From the NCBI GenBank assembly GCA_051362555.1, contig CM120646.1:2542001-2606000 (forward strand): a DNA stretch of 64,000 nt, read 5' to 3'. The position numbers and the translations under genes were made by a program. The stretch is from Lingula anatina (Eukaryota > Animalia > Brachiopoda). Of the stretch, positions 52,064 through 59,800 are shown in pieces. Under the pieces are notes generated by a model that saw nothing but the letters and a program-made list of their open reading frames with translations, had not been told where the DNA came from and searched no databases. Each line of letters begins with the position of its first letter. The first letter of the stretch is position 1.

Positions 52064-53690
52064 GCCTTATGGAAGGGAGGTACAGGTAAGGGATGATGAC
52101 ACCATCATTTCTAGCCCCTATTTTCTTGATGTGGATGGCTTCCAGGACTTTGTTGTGGTGTGCTTTTGGTTCACTGTCAATCACCTTGATTTTTTCAATC
52201 ACTTGACCATGTGATATTTTGTTAGGGTACCCGGTAATTAGCTTTTATTCATAGTCATATAAAATGTTTACACATCCCGCTGTGTCTAAAAAGGTTTTGT
52301 GAGCGGTAATTATAGTCTTTATAATAATAGTTATTTTAAGTCCATAAATATCTATTATATGAAGGAAAATGAATGTATTTTTCTTCTGTAATGGGAAATT
52401 GTAAGTTTTAGCATCAAAAATAATGTCACAATGAATGTTTTTTAATTTGATAAAATGTATTATTAGTACAGTACACACATCACAAGCAAGTGTCCACTCA
52501 CATACTTACACTATCTAGTATATTAGGTTCCGCCCTATGCTGGAGAAAAAGATGGACACACTGTATGGAACCTTGCTTTGCAACCAAGTGTAGTGATGAA
52601 CGTCTGAACTGTGGGATTAAAACAATACATTTTTTTTTTGCATATTTAAAAACAGTAGTCATGTCTAAGTTAGTGTGACACAGTGTGCCGTTATGTCCGT
52701 AATAATATATTATTGGGAGGACGCTAAATGCAATTTTTGTGATCGAAAATAACCCTGTGCATATGTTTTTTAACTTCGATTTGTTGTATAATAGTAGAGT
52801 TAAAGGGAGCACACGCCCCAAGCATATGCCCATTCACATACTTACATCATCCTGTATATTGGGATCCGCCCCGTGCTGGAGGAGAAGCTGGACACACTGT
52901 GTGGCACCTTGCTCTGCAGCCAAGTGTAGTGGTGTGCGTCCAAGCTGTGGGTTTTAAAAACCGTGATAATTGGGGTGCATTATTAGTTATTTTTAATTAG
53001 TCATATTTCATGTTCACACGGTCCACTGCTTGTAAATAGTGTTTATGACTGGTCATAAGGCCTTATAATTAAATTTACTCTAAGTCCGTAATTATCAATT
53101 GTAGGAATGTAGAATGTATGTTGCTTTTGTGATGGGAAATTGTAAGATACGGCAGCAAAATAAATGTCACAGTGACTTTTTTAAAGTTTGATATTATATT
53201 TTAATACTAAAGTTATAACAGACCACACACCCAAGCACATTTCCACTCACATACTTACCTTATCCTGTATATTGGGATCTGCCCTGTGCTGGAGGAGAAG
53301 CTGAATACACTGTGTGGCACTTAGCTTTACAGCCAGGTGTAGTGGTGTACGTCCTTCCTGTGGGTTTTAAAAATAGGCATTTTTTTAGCAAATTATCCTT
53401 AATTAATACAAAAAATTATAAGTACACCGTATTTATTAAATGAGATAAATTAAATTAATGCGTGATCATACATTCGTACAATTTTTGTCTTGAAAATACT
53501 GCAGTTTTTTTAAGTTCAATAAAGTTTTAGCTAGAGGACGTCAAAGCATTTCACATTTTAATTAGACACTGAAAGATTAATTCATCACCAGGTCAGTTGT
53601 GTTGACATCCAAGGTCCAGTCTCTCAGTAGTTTCGTTAACCTCTGCAAGTCTCCATCCTCAGCAGCTTGTAAGAGACCCACTGCAAACAT
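7667..53690 (-). CDS. Multi-exon ankyrin-repeat + death-domain protein gene (22 coding exons proposed; ~859 aa without the stop-containing exon)
   Basis: Exons with AG/GT boundaries assembled manually: 53589-53690, 18 ANK exons between 53357 and 22682, 22375-22464, 21172-21418, 7667-8133. All splice phases are compatible. ATG context ccgccaagATG. Confidence 0.85.
10170..10865 (+). mobile_element. Degenerate non-LTR retrotransposon 3' fragment
   Basis: LRTTSLALAYSTAEYCAPVWCRSSH and WTRLNRIRTGH...CQSPAC with stops and frameshifts. Confidence 0.75.
11470..11491 (+). other. Primer binding site complementary to tRNA-Lys(UUU)
   Basis: TGGCGCCCGAACAGGGACTTGA, 2 nt after the 5' LTR end TGTTACA. Confidence 0.92.
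11527..11725 (+). repeat. 63-bp tandem repeat (x3) in the Gypsy 5' leader
   Basis: ccccgtataa(c/t)acggtcca recurs with a 63-bp period. Confidence 0.9.
12734..14122 (+). CDS. gag: Gypsy Gag (RRM-like N-terminus, PNMA-like capsid, CCHC knuckle)
   Basis: RSIVITGLP...FVVFED; LPLFSGD...FKQWLFEV; CWKCGMIGHRQSEC; first ATG at 12740. Confidence 0.93.
   Translation: MRMAYPSSLLRSRSIVITGLPEQITDSELKDFLKFHLVSEFTIEYIHRPDTILGAIFVVFEDVALATEAIDILDKRKYDGQTVDVKKINKSMERDILDALETKESKLSEVIGMIKSLPADDIVKVYEEVKSLLPKSSKPKFPANSTPKRTPIFRIQKGSTPRRLLPKIPTFSTSGSELVSYTHPPRLPLFSGDSKDASFKQWLFEVKALRRDGIYSDAVLLHAIRRSLKSPASDVLYHLGDVKEIDRVLEKFEQVFGDVLSSGAILQQFHSSKQHDSESIAAWACRLESLVAQLLSINPPAVTDTGAKSMLRLKFYSGLNSNTTRHLLKNKFDGGATFEELLVEGRTIEMEEKERFHLDAAVSDMRSGGLMKAIDSLSRRLSGLETSIGRRNREYSASRNGTGTARGATGNDSSRRSFSGECWKCGMIGHRQSECPTLNLNQSVRGGTQQTLNPNAPNYNHQ
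14035..16599 (+). CDS. pol: Gypsy Pol (protease, RT, RNase H), probably reached by -1 frameshift
   Basis: ALVDTGS, LRFCIDLRKLN, YLDDII, TDAS, HKLEFLAL; slippery site T TTA AAC at 14044-14050. Confidence 0.95.
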   Translation: MSNFKLEPVCERGHSADAQPKRPKLQSSVVKRLVGNSNECMTVFHGRELRALVDTGSVVSTISASCAKSCGLEINPLESVLGFQVAGGHNISYLGYVEASLTIPHVDRLESDVFLFLVVPNTEYHTRTPLLLGTNILSLVIDTQGVNENDLPYALKLARECMVKQQRAPDHDGVVGNVRITKPITVRQGEKMLINGTSNISTNQQMLVLAEENLHSFLPGGLLLYPSIHMIQPCSSPYDISVEISNFSCHSITIPGGSTICNLSQVSIVPPESTIGNVDNHDDFTCQFDDMLQENLSPAQVSEVKHLLSRYKTSFAIHDLDLGKCTTVKHKINLVDEIPFKSKHCHIPPSMFSEVRNHLNEMLQLGVIRKSSSPYSSGVVLVRKKDGSLRFCIDLRKLNAKTIRDAYALPRIDETLDILYGSSWYSCLDLKSAYWQVEIEEADILKTAFSVGPLGFYECVRMPYGCTNAPATFQRLLESCMGDLNLEHCLIYLDDIIVFSKTYEEHIVKLENVLSRLRDHGLKLKPSKCKLFQRKISYLGHVVSSKGIETDPKKLEAVKNWPVPKSVQDVMSFIGFVGYYRRFIKGFSEIAKPLHDLTKGKVSKTSKKSRKSTETFVWQAKHEEAFQELKNACIHSPILAFADFTQPFELRTDASGSGLGALYQKQNGLDRVIAYASRGLRQSEKNYPVHKLEFLALKWAVTEKFSDYLYGNSFTVKTDNNPLTYVLSSAKLDVTTHRWVADLANYNFNIVYVAGKSNVEADALSRVRWPETISENTCQAIWQSAQSGEPLISCLPCSEEVIPNEILSSAVNQKKDWKRLQEDDPELKKVRDVLKGRVESIKGNSLKVKGFEKR
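16596..17846 (+). CDS. Gypsy integrase, separated from RT/RH by a frameshift
   Basis: HHCC zinc finger, DYL...TDQG...NGQCERMN, GPY/F-like tail. Confidence 0.93.
   Translation: MSSLILSNDVLFRTKQKNDGSILKQLVLPKAYRKDALYGCHDEIGHLGRERAIDLLNQRFYWPGMSKQMGEYISKCTRCIKRKTLPVARAELCPISSSAPLELVCMDYLTIEDGKGGVGNILVITDHFTRYAQAYPTANQTAKTTAKVFFENFVVHYGFPNRIHTDQGRNFEGKVIADLCSIAGVKKSRTTPYHAMGNGQCERMNRTLLDMLGTLSLNQKSNWKKHIASLVHAYNCTRNSSTSFSPYYLMFGRHPKLPVDVSLDVSSETTAKSQSEYVRELKNRLQEAFNMAKVQIERAQSRQKQNFDRKTGAGVLSIGDRVLIRNVAFDGKHKIADRWQSEVFVVVDQPNDGIPVYVVKREDGAGKSKTLHRNMLLTIYEMKQEYEEKQNEELAEVRSTRSRNRPEWMNNKDWIL
18897..20060. repeat. ~143-bp minisatellite (about 5 units), possibly inside a non-autonomous Helentron-like element
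   Basis: Units aagttcagttcatggtgaaaagtaggtcaaaggtcaatttcaaggtca... start near 19281, 19420, 19561, 19706, 19851; the region begins AACTAGAG. Outer boundaries approximate. Confidence 0.65.
21172..21418 (-). CDS. Death-domain exon
   Basis: Phase 0 to phase 1. NHLFMRAILSLCDHIKLEDCRMLARYHLAIGDVEIDDIDMNHQRNAWEQRFQILSLWRKKTSDASVKILIDALRAAELVKTA matches the death-domain pattern (LAR.L, ID.I, EQ...L..W, L..AL). Confidence 0.85.
22375..22464 (-). CDS. ANK exon E20 (C-capping repeat)
   Basis: 90 bp, tag/gtatgc, EEGTPCELAEEMGQTAIAEYLCRFNNSVVK. Confidence 0.85.
22682..22780 (-). CDS. ANK exon E19 (divergent repeat)
   Basis: 99 bp, DERTPLHDAVLRGNVQNVILLFQYGADSRLRSS. Confidence 0.88.
23017..23115 (-). 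CDS. ANK exon E18
   Basis: 99 bp, [33 protein letters not shown]. Confidence 0.88.
23299..23353. repeat. (TA)n microsatellite
   Basis: Direct reading. Confidence 0.95.
23420..23518 (-). CDS. ANK exon E17
   Basis: 99 bp, [33 protein letters not shown]. Confidence 0.88.
23795..23893 (-). pseudogene. ANK exon E16 with in-frame TAG (pseudo-exon or poison exon)
   Basis: [32 protein letters not shown]; TAG at 23870-23872; cag/gtaagt splice sites intact. Confidence 0.85.
26897..27500. mobile_element. Non-autonomous TIR transposon carrying a RecQ-like helicase fragment
   Basis: ~75-bp TIR caccctgagc...gctcagggtg, TSD CAACACTC(C); internal ELKLEQFDAL...VFCVLPTGYGKSLIF at 27181-27290. Confidence 0.85.
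32014..32590. mobile_element. Long-TIR MITE (TGTCA...TGACA, TATA TSD) inserted in the BEL 5' LTR
   Basis: ~190-bp inverted repeats; the empty site is visible in the other LTR at 26631. Confidence 0.9.
35920..36217. mobile_element. PIF/Harbinger-type palindromic MITE in Gypsy pol, rearranged
   Basis: GGC...GCC ends, TAA TSD (35917-35919 and 36218-36220), interrupts pol reading EEIKAATADDN. Confidence 0.85.
37179..37974. mobile_element. Older, longer relative of the CCCAGC MITE family
   Basis: Shares catgtcctactgctaaacacatcc and ttcaaatccaa...acaacataatttgc with 43312-43662. Confidence 0.65.
38823..38918 (-). CDS. ANK exon E15 (96 bp)
   Basis: LGRTPLHVTAERGATQC-ELLLQQRMDPNILDR, donor gtcagt. 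Confidence 0.82.
39158..39256 (-). CDS. ANK exon E14
   Basis: 99 bp, [33 protein letters not shown]. Confidence 0.88.
39466..39564 (-). CDS. ANK exon E13
   Basis: 99 bp, [33 protein letters not shown]. Confidence 0.88.
39977..41615. mobile_element. Non-autonomous TGTCA...TGACA element with CCGG TSD (Ginger1-like)
   Basis: Filled site acccgg|tgtca...tgaca|ccggtaatt versus empty paralogous site acccggtaatt near 49231 and 52229. Confidence 0.8.
41891..41989 (-). CDS. ANK exon E12
   Basis: 99 bp, FRRTSLHLAAKQGSIQCVHLFLQHRAEPNILDR. Confidence 0.88.
42230..42325 (-). CDS. ANK exon E11 (96 bp)
   Basis: [32 protein letters not shown]. Confidence 0.85.
42707..42805 (-). CDS. ANK exon E10
   Basis: 99 bp, [33 protein letters not shown]. 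Confidence 0.88.
43054..43152 (-). CDS. ANK exon E9
   Basis: 99 bp, [33 protein letters not shown]. Confidence 0.88.
43312..43662. mobile_element. MITE CCCAGC...ACTGGG, TA TSD
   Basis: Terminal inverted repeats; empty site in the paralogous intron near 39720. Confidence 0.85.
43761..49074 (+). mobile_element. BEL/Pao LTR retrotransposon lacking most of RT/RNase H
   Basis: LTRs 43761-44151 and 48667-49074, TSD CAGGT; gag and protease 44211-46473 (CFRCF zinc knuckle, DDGADTTF); integrase 46723-48447 (LDLFGP, SDPG, GAVES). Confidence 0.95.
49514..49612 (-). CDS. ANK exon E8
   Basis: 99 bp, FRRSSLHLAAKQGSIQCVHLFLQHRAEPNILDS. Confidence 0.88.
49847..49942 (-). CDS. ANK exon E7 (96 bp)
   Basis: [32 protein letters not shown], in-frame 3-bp deletion. 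Confidence 0.85.
50332..50430 (-). CDS. ANK exon E6
   Basis: 99 bp, [33 protein letters not shown]. Confidence 0.88.
50450..51195 (-). mobile_element. 5'-truncated CR1/L2-type LINE fragment
   Basis: LVTSRLHYCNSILYG...LQRIHNISARL, RNLRS, GPKEWNLLP...LKTYLF; absent from the paralogous intron near 42825. Confidence 0.85.
51410..51508 (-). CDS. ANK exon E5
   Basis: 99 bp, [33 protein letters not shown]. Confidence 0.88.
51668..51995. mobile_element. Same MITE insertion, copied by block duplication
   Basis: Same position and near-identical sequence to 43312-43662. Confidence 0.85.
52060..52232 (-). mobile_element. Penelope-like (GIY-YIG C-terminal) remnant; paralogous copies at 49075-49235 and 39790-39976
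   Basis: IKVIDSEPKAHHNKVLEAIHIKK...NDGVIIPYLYLPSI. Confidence 0.65.
52510..52608 (-). CDS. ANK exon E4
   Basis: 99 bp, FRRSSLHLVAKQGSIQCVHLFLQHRAEPNILDS. Confidence 0.88.
52846..52944 (-). CDS. ANK exon E3
   Basis: 99 bp, [33 protein letters not shown]. Confidence 0.9.
53259..53357 (-). CDS. ANK exon E2
   Basis: 99 bp, cag/gtaagt, [33 protein letters not shown]. Confidence 0.9.
53589..53690 (-). CDS. ANK-DD gene exon 1 (start, N-capping ankyrin repeat)
   Basis: MFAVGLLQAAEDGDLQRLTKLLRDWTLDVNTTDL, then phase-0 donor gtgatg. Confidence 0.85.
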
Positions 53691-54184
53691 CTTGGCGGTT
53701 GACTTAATTATCCAAAAAACACAAGAACATTATTTACATAAGAAATAAATTAGAAATTTTATATTTAATTAGATGTACCTATTAAAATATACCGTCCTAT
53801 TGATAGGTAATATATGCTGCATGCCATGCTTTTGGCGATTTGTTATTTTTTTTGTAGCTAGTTAGATAGTTTTGGAAACCACTGTCCCTAAAATAACTAT
53901 TTTTGTGATGTAATAATTCTGTACACCCCTCATAAAGTGTATTGAACTTTTGAATAAGCACAGTGTGATTGTTTACCTATAAATCTTCTGGCAATATGTT
54001 TGAGGCCCCTGCCTATATTCTTACAATCATTATAATGTTACTTTATATTTTTGTCTTTGCGTACTTCTAAATTATGCTCGGTTGTTCAACAACTCAGTAC
54101 TGTTATTCAGCGCACTGTAAATAGTGGATTTATCAACATGTTGTTGATAATGGATTGAGATGAACTGGATCAATCTTATCTTAA

Positions 54185-55912
54185 CATTCTTGAGTGAGGA
54201 GTGCAGTAGACACGTTTTCATTATTTTATCTCAACAATATTATATAGTGCAGCGGCCGGATGTAAGAGTATTTTGCAAGATCTGGCGGAATTTTTAGGAG
54301 AATCACAGAGCCTATGGGCAGTCCAAAGAAAGAGCAGACAGTTATCCGCATAAAGGTGCTTTTTCAATATAACGGCCTATTCTCTTATGGGTTTAGAAAT
54401 GAAATATATAGAGTGAATTTCCAAAATTTGCCGACTTCCTCTGGAAATAATCAAATATCTAGATATTCCCAGCCACTGTACTTACTGTAACATATTTCCC
54501 AAAACTAACCTAAACATTCAACTTTTAACTAAATTATTAGTAGGAATAGAAGAGACGTTTTACGCATCTGAACCGAGATATTATATGCAAAATGTGTGCG
54601 GTGCAAGCCCACCTTGATCCTCTACGTAAACAACAAGGCGAGAGCGCCATTGGTAAGGTCTCGTAAGGGGTGGTCGTAGTCTTTGACAATGAAGGCGTTT
54701 TTGTATCAGACTAGCCATAATTATGAAAAAATTAAACTATGCTTTATAACAAATCATACAAAATTGAATTTTTGCCACATTTTCTTACCGGAGATGCAAA
54801 ATACGTCTTCCCTCTTTTGCTTTTAGGTTAAAAGTGAAGGATATTCTTATCAGTCACGAGGCAGGTCGAGAGCGATCTGATAACGTGGGGGTCATAAAAT
54901 CGTAAAATTAGAATTGAATAGATGCATAACTGCCTATCGAAAAATAAATATCTAATAAGCGGAGTCCATTATACGGCGTTTTATGTGCATTTAATTAAGG
55001 CTAAATGAGAAATGAAAGTGGCCTTTATGTTGCAATTGGCTATCACAATGTCATGATTTCAGATATCTTCTGTCAGTGTTTTTAAATTAGTCGCGTGTGT
55101 AAAAGGTTTTTTCTTCGTAATATGATATAACTACCGATTTCGATAAATATCGAATAACCAACCTTTCATGGCATCCTTGAGTGAGGAGTGCTGTTGCTCA
55201 CGTTTGCCTTATGTTATCTGACAACATTCTGCATCGTCCGGGATGCAAGGGTATTTTGCAATATATGGGGAAATTTCTAGGGGAATCCCCTTTCCGCACA
55301 GTCTATGGGAAGTCCAAAGAGAAAAGAAACAGTTGTCCGAATAAACTTATTTAATCTAACAACCTCTTCTCAAATGAGTTTAGAGTTAAATTCTATGGGT
55401 GAATTTCCAAAGTTTGCCGACGACCTCTGGAAATATAAATATTGTTACAGAGGATTTTCCATGATCTTCCCAGCCACCGAAACATGTACAAACATGTATC
55501 TCCACTCAATATTTGAAATTCCTCATATACCTCAATATTGGTAGAAACAAGCGACGTTTCACATCAAAGAATCGTTTCACACAGTTGAACTGGAGTGACG
55601 TAAATAAGTTATACGTAAACACACTACGGCAATGCGCACCGATTTTCAACGTATGAACAAAAGCGAGATGACTTCTTAAAAGTCACTCTTCTTCTTTTAG
55701 AAAGACGAATATTTATAGGAATGGCAGTAGATATTAATTACGAAGATACACTTTACAACAAATAATGCAAAATCTGATTTTTATCACTCCAACCTACCCG
55801 AGGTGTCAATGGCGTCCTCTTTCTCTTTTGTCTTGAAATAATCAGCTCAGAATATTTTTGGTTAGTCACGGGACAGGTCAAGGGCAATGAGATAACGCTG
55901 GGTTCATAAAAT
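54185..55912. repeat. Diverged ~720-bp direct duplication upstream of the ANK-DD gene (54185-54900 and 55172-55912)
   Basis: Colinear shared blocks cttgagtgaggagtgc, gtattttgcaa, gtgaatttccaaa, cccagccac, agtcacg, gataacg. Confidence 0.75.
55267..55290. promoter_or_regulatory. Tandem NF-kB-like sites
   Basis: GGGGAAATTTC and GGGGAATCCCC, ~1.6 kb upstream of the ANK-DD ATG; motif match only. Confidence 0.4.
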
Positions 55913-56753
55913 TATGAGACTAACTGCACAAGTTTCCCGACCTTTCCATAATGCAGAAAAAGGCTGAATTGTGCTTTAATTGATGCGTAATTTTTTATTG
56001 GGGAATAAATATATTGTTGTGAGTTCTTATTTATTTCATTCAAAATCCCGCGCCATGTCACATGATACCAGGTGTCGTGCGAAACAAAATACTTAGATCA
56101 TTGGAGATCGAGATCGAAGGCTGGTGTGTTATCGTCTTTTTCTGATAACATATTTTTATTTTCACTAGAAAGATTACATGTAGTTCACATTGATTTACAG
56201 CCGTAAGGTCCCCGTATCAACAGTACATGCATTCGTGTTATTATCGGTTATTCAATATAACAATCTGTCTGATTTGCTCAGTAGGCCTATTTTCTTTCAT
56301 ACCATCTCAGGTTTTCTCTTAAGCAGTCCGTTTACCCCGGCTCTAATTCGTAGCACCTCAAAAATCTCATTTTCTTTTCAGGCAATCCAGAGAAGCCATC
56401 ATGCGCGATAAAGTTCGTTCTTTCTTCGGTTGTGGAAAAATGTCAGAAAACGGAATTGTATTCTCCGTTTTATACTCCCGTTCATTTGTTCTCTTTCCTC
56501 TGTTAATTGAAAACTTTCCTTGGCGTTTTGGTGGATCTGAAACACAATTTGGAGCTGTGACTCATTCGGCAACATCTACGTTATGAAATAATAAACACAG
56601 GCGTTATCATGTTAGACTGAACAAAGTGTTAAAATTGATATTGAAAATTGAAAAATCTAATGACGGCAACAATAATTTAATGCGGTTTATCAAGAGATTT
56701 TGCCAGGTGAATTCAATGGTTACAATAAATCGGATAACTCGTGTGTTTAACTT

Positions 56754-56754
56754 T

Positions 56755-56789
<35 letters not shown>

Positions 56790-56813
56790 TTAACTAACTA
56801 AATAAATAAATAA
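56754..56813. repeat. (TAAC)n/(TAAA)n microsatellite
   Basis: Direct reading. Confidence 0.9.
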
Positions 56814-59800
56814 ACAGAAAGAAAAGTACCTTCAAATATAGCCGGATATCTGTCACCTAAAATCACCTCCCTAAATGTTGCGACATGTTGGCGAGGTGGC
56901 ATTATCCTGTCAGCACTGAATAAAGAATTGTCATCAAGGTCTAATTCTGGTTCACCGCGAGACCAGCCTTCAACCACCAAGCCTTGGTTTGCCTCCATCT
57001 GAAAGCAAAAATATGATAACTGACAAGTTGTTTGCGTACAAGTTTTTTAAAGTGGACAAGGTTTCAATTTCGTTCTTCCTTCCTTTTTTTCTAAGTAAAT
57101 TAATTTCAGTTAAGGTGGAGAAAAAAACACAACTCGATGCTAAAGGTAAATATCAAGGAAATATCATTGAGATTTGAGTTTGACTTCTTCCTCAAATCTC
57201 TTTCTTTGCTTTGGTACCCATTTATTTAGTGCACTGTTAAATAAATGGTTGCATACTTTAAAATAGCGAGTCGGTCGGTGCTCTTCCAATGATTTTAAGC
57301 ACCCAAGGGTGCTTTGTCCACAAATTAAAGTACTAATAATGGTGCTTTGAATTTAACAGAGTTACAAACTCAGAGTGTATTGAAACGTTCTAATCGAATA
57401 AATAATATTCAAACCGACCTCAAAGAATAACTAAAAAACCTTTCATTTACTTAGAAAGAAATCAGAAAAATTAAGAAATTCACCTGACTTTGACTTCCGT
57501 AGAAACTGTCGAGATTTTCTTCATTGACCAATTCACTGACCAGTACCGCGTGTACTGCAGCAGAGGAGGCCACGCTCAATAAAAAGAATATAGGAAACAT
57601 AATTTCGCGCATCGCTCCAACAGTTATTCTCTTTCAATGCCTGCGCAGTTTATTGCACCCTGCCAAGTGAAATGTGCTTCCTTCTGAGAGTCGTGTGGAA
57701 GAAACCAAAATGCCCATCACTAATCATACCATTTAACAAAATGGTCATATCACATAAGCTTTGTAGAGATAATTTAACACGCCGATTCGATGCAAGAGGT
57801 CAATTTTTATTTTATTTTTTAATTTTCATTTTGTAAGTACATGAGAGCATTAGGATTCTGTAGAGAGTTAGGGTAGTTGACTTACTGTGTACCATCTAGA
57901 CCCTTCTATTTTTTAAGGCCCTAGCACTGACACTTTTACCAACATACTTCAGTTAATCTATCGAAAATATTTTCCATTTTACAGCACTAGTAGGTGATAA
58001 GCAAACTGGCATTGAGCAATTTTGTGGTTAAAAACACGACAAGAAGTGGCGTCACTAGCACTGTTATTGTGCTTTTCTAACATCATTTGAAAACTGTTTC
58101 ACCTTGATATGATTCCCATTAAAAACTGTGACGCATTTTGATCAGGTATTGTTATTAGACTTCGAAGAAAGATCTCGGCGCTTTGTGTTTGCCTTATTTG
58201 CCTCCAAAACCAAAAACATTTTTTAATCCTCTACCAGAACATTTATCACGACATGTCACTATTCACAGAAATTTCTGTGACTATTCACTAAATGTGCAAA
58301 TTATTGTCCATGGAAAAATTTGGTACAAGAACTATACGTTACCACCCATCTGGTCGGCCTACAGAGTACAGTATCTCCTGACACCAAGCACAATGAAATT
58401 ATCGTTAACAAGTTTTAAGGGCTCCATCACTTTATTTTAGATTATAATGCCACAAAATGGTAGTCTCTTGATTCGAGGAATACTTTCTGTGAGTGACTGG
58501 TGTTCATGAAAACAACATTTATATTCTTAATTTTTTTTAGAAAATTGCAATTATTTCCCTATCTGCAACAGCTGAAAAAGTTACGTTCCATACGATATTT
58601 TATCCTTTATTGTATCCCATTTATACTTTTTATGTAAGCATAAAAGAGTAGTGTTAGAAGTAGCATAGACAGCAAACAGTGTTAAATGTAACATTCAAAA
58701 ACTAAATAAATTATTTTTATAAACCAGCTTTTGAATTTTAACGTTTATTAAACCATTTCACTTTTAACAATTGCCTGTCTTTATCCATTATTACGAGAGT
58801 AACCTAGAAACTGCAAACTTATTGATTGACTTACATTTGCAGGGAGAAATGAAAAAAAAATTGATATATAAAAGTCTGACACCCATAGCGTGTCATAAAA
58901 CAACAATTTGAAAAGGGCCCAGTTAAACCCGCTTAGAGAGGGGAGAATTGCACTAGAAATTACAAAAAAAAAAAAAAGAACATCGGGGAGGACTTACATA
59001 TTGCGTTTGTCAGGGAAGCAGGCATCAATTTACCATAATTTCGATCAAAACGTTTCATTTTCAGTCAAATCAATGCCTTTTATAAGACCACATCATTTGC
59101 ACCTAATTATATGAGACGCATGTGAATATTCGTGATGTCAAGCATATGGGGATTTTGTCTTCAGTACGCGTATACCGACCAGTTGGTTGCAAGCCAAGCT
59201 ATGGGTCACCTGATGTATAGAGACTATAATAGACTGTACACAGACTACTCTTGAGCAGGAAACCGGTGACAGAAAAATAAAGAAACAAACTGCAAATATA
59301 GAGAAACTTTATTTGAGATATAAAGTCACCAGACAGTTAGTACATTAATACAGCACCGCAATCTTGATACGAGACCAATCCGTAGAACATAACCTCTTAA
59401 TACAAGGTTCAACACGTTCTTTGAGCTATTTTAAACAGACATATTTTGGACTGGCTTGAAATGTTATTAAAACTAATGAGTTCGAGTAGTAAATCTCGAC
59501 AGCAATTTCCAAATAAAATCTTCATTGAAAGAATACCTAATTCTTCAAATATAAAATAATTATCAAATGGCAAGCTTTTAAGGAACATCACAAGTTAACA
59601 AAAAGGAAGAACTCGAGAGGTATGAGTTAATGCTAAATGCTATCTTTGAAAAACAGCACACATAATTTTGGGTACAGTTTTGAGTTTTCAGACTGACTAT
59701 TAAACCAAAACACGCTATATCTCCCTGTAGATACAAAATAATAAGTCTAGAGCAAAGTATCATGATGTCTACGGGCCTGGTTAAGTGTAATGATAACATT

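Noticed and set aside
22682-53357. Regularly recurring conserved motifs could be mistaken for a CRISPR-like or satellite array
   Set aside because: The units are spliceosomal exons encoding ankyrin repeats with homologous introns; there are no unique spacers and no cas genes
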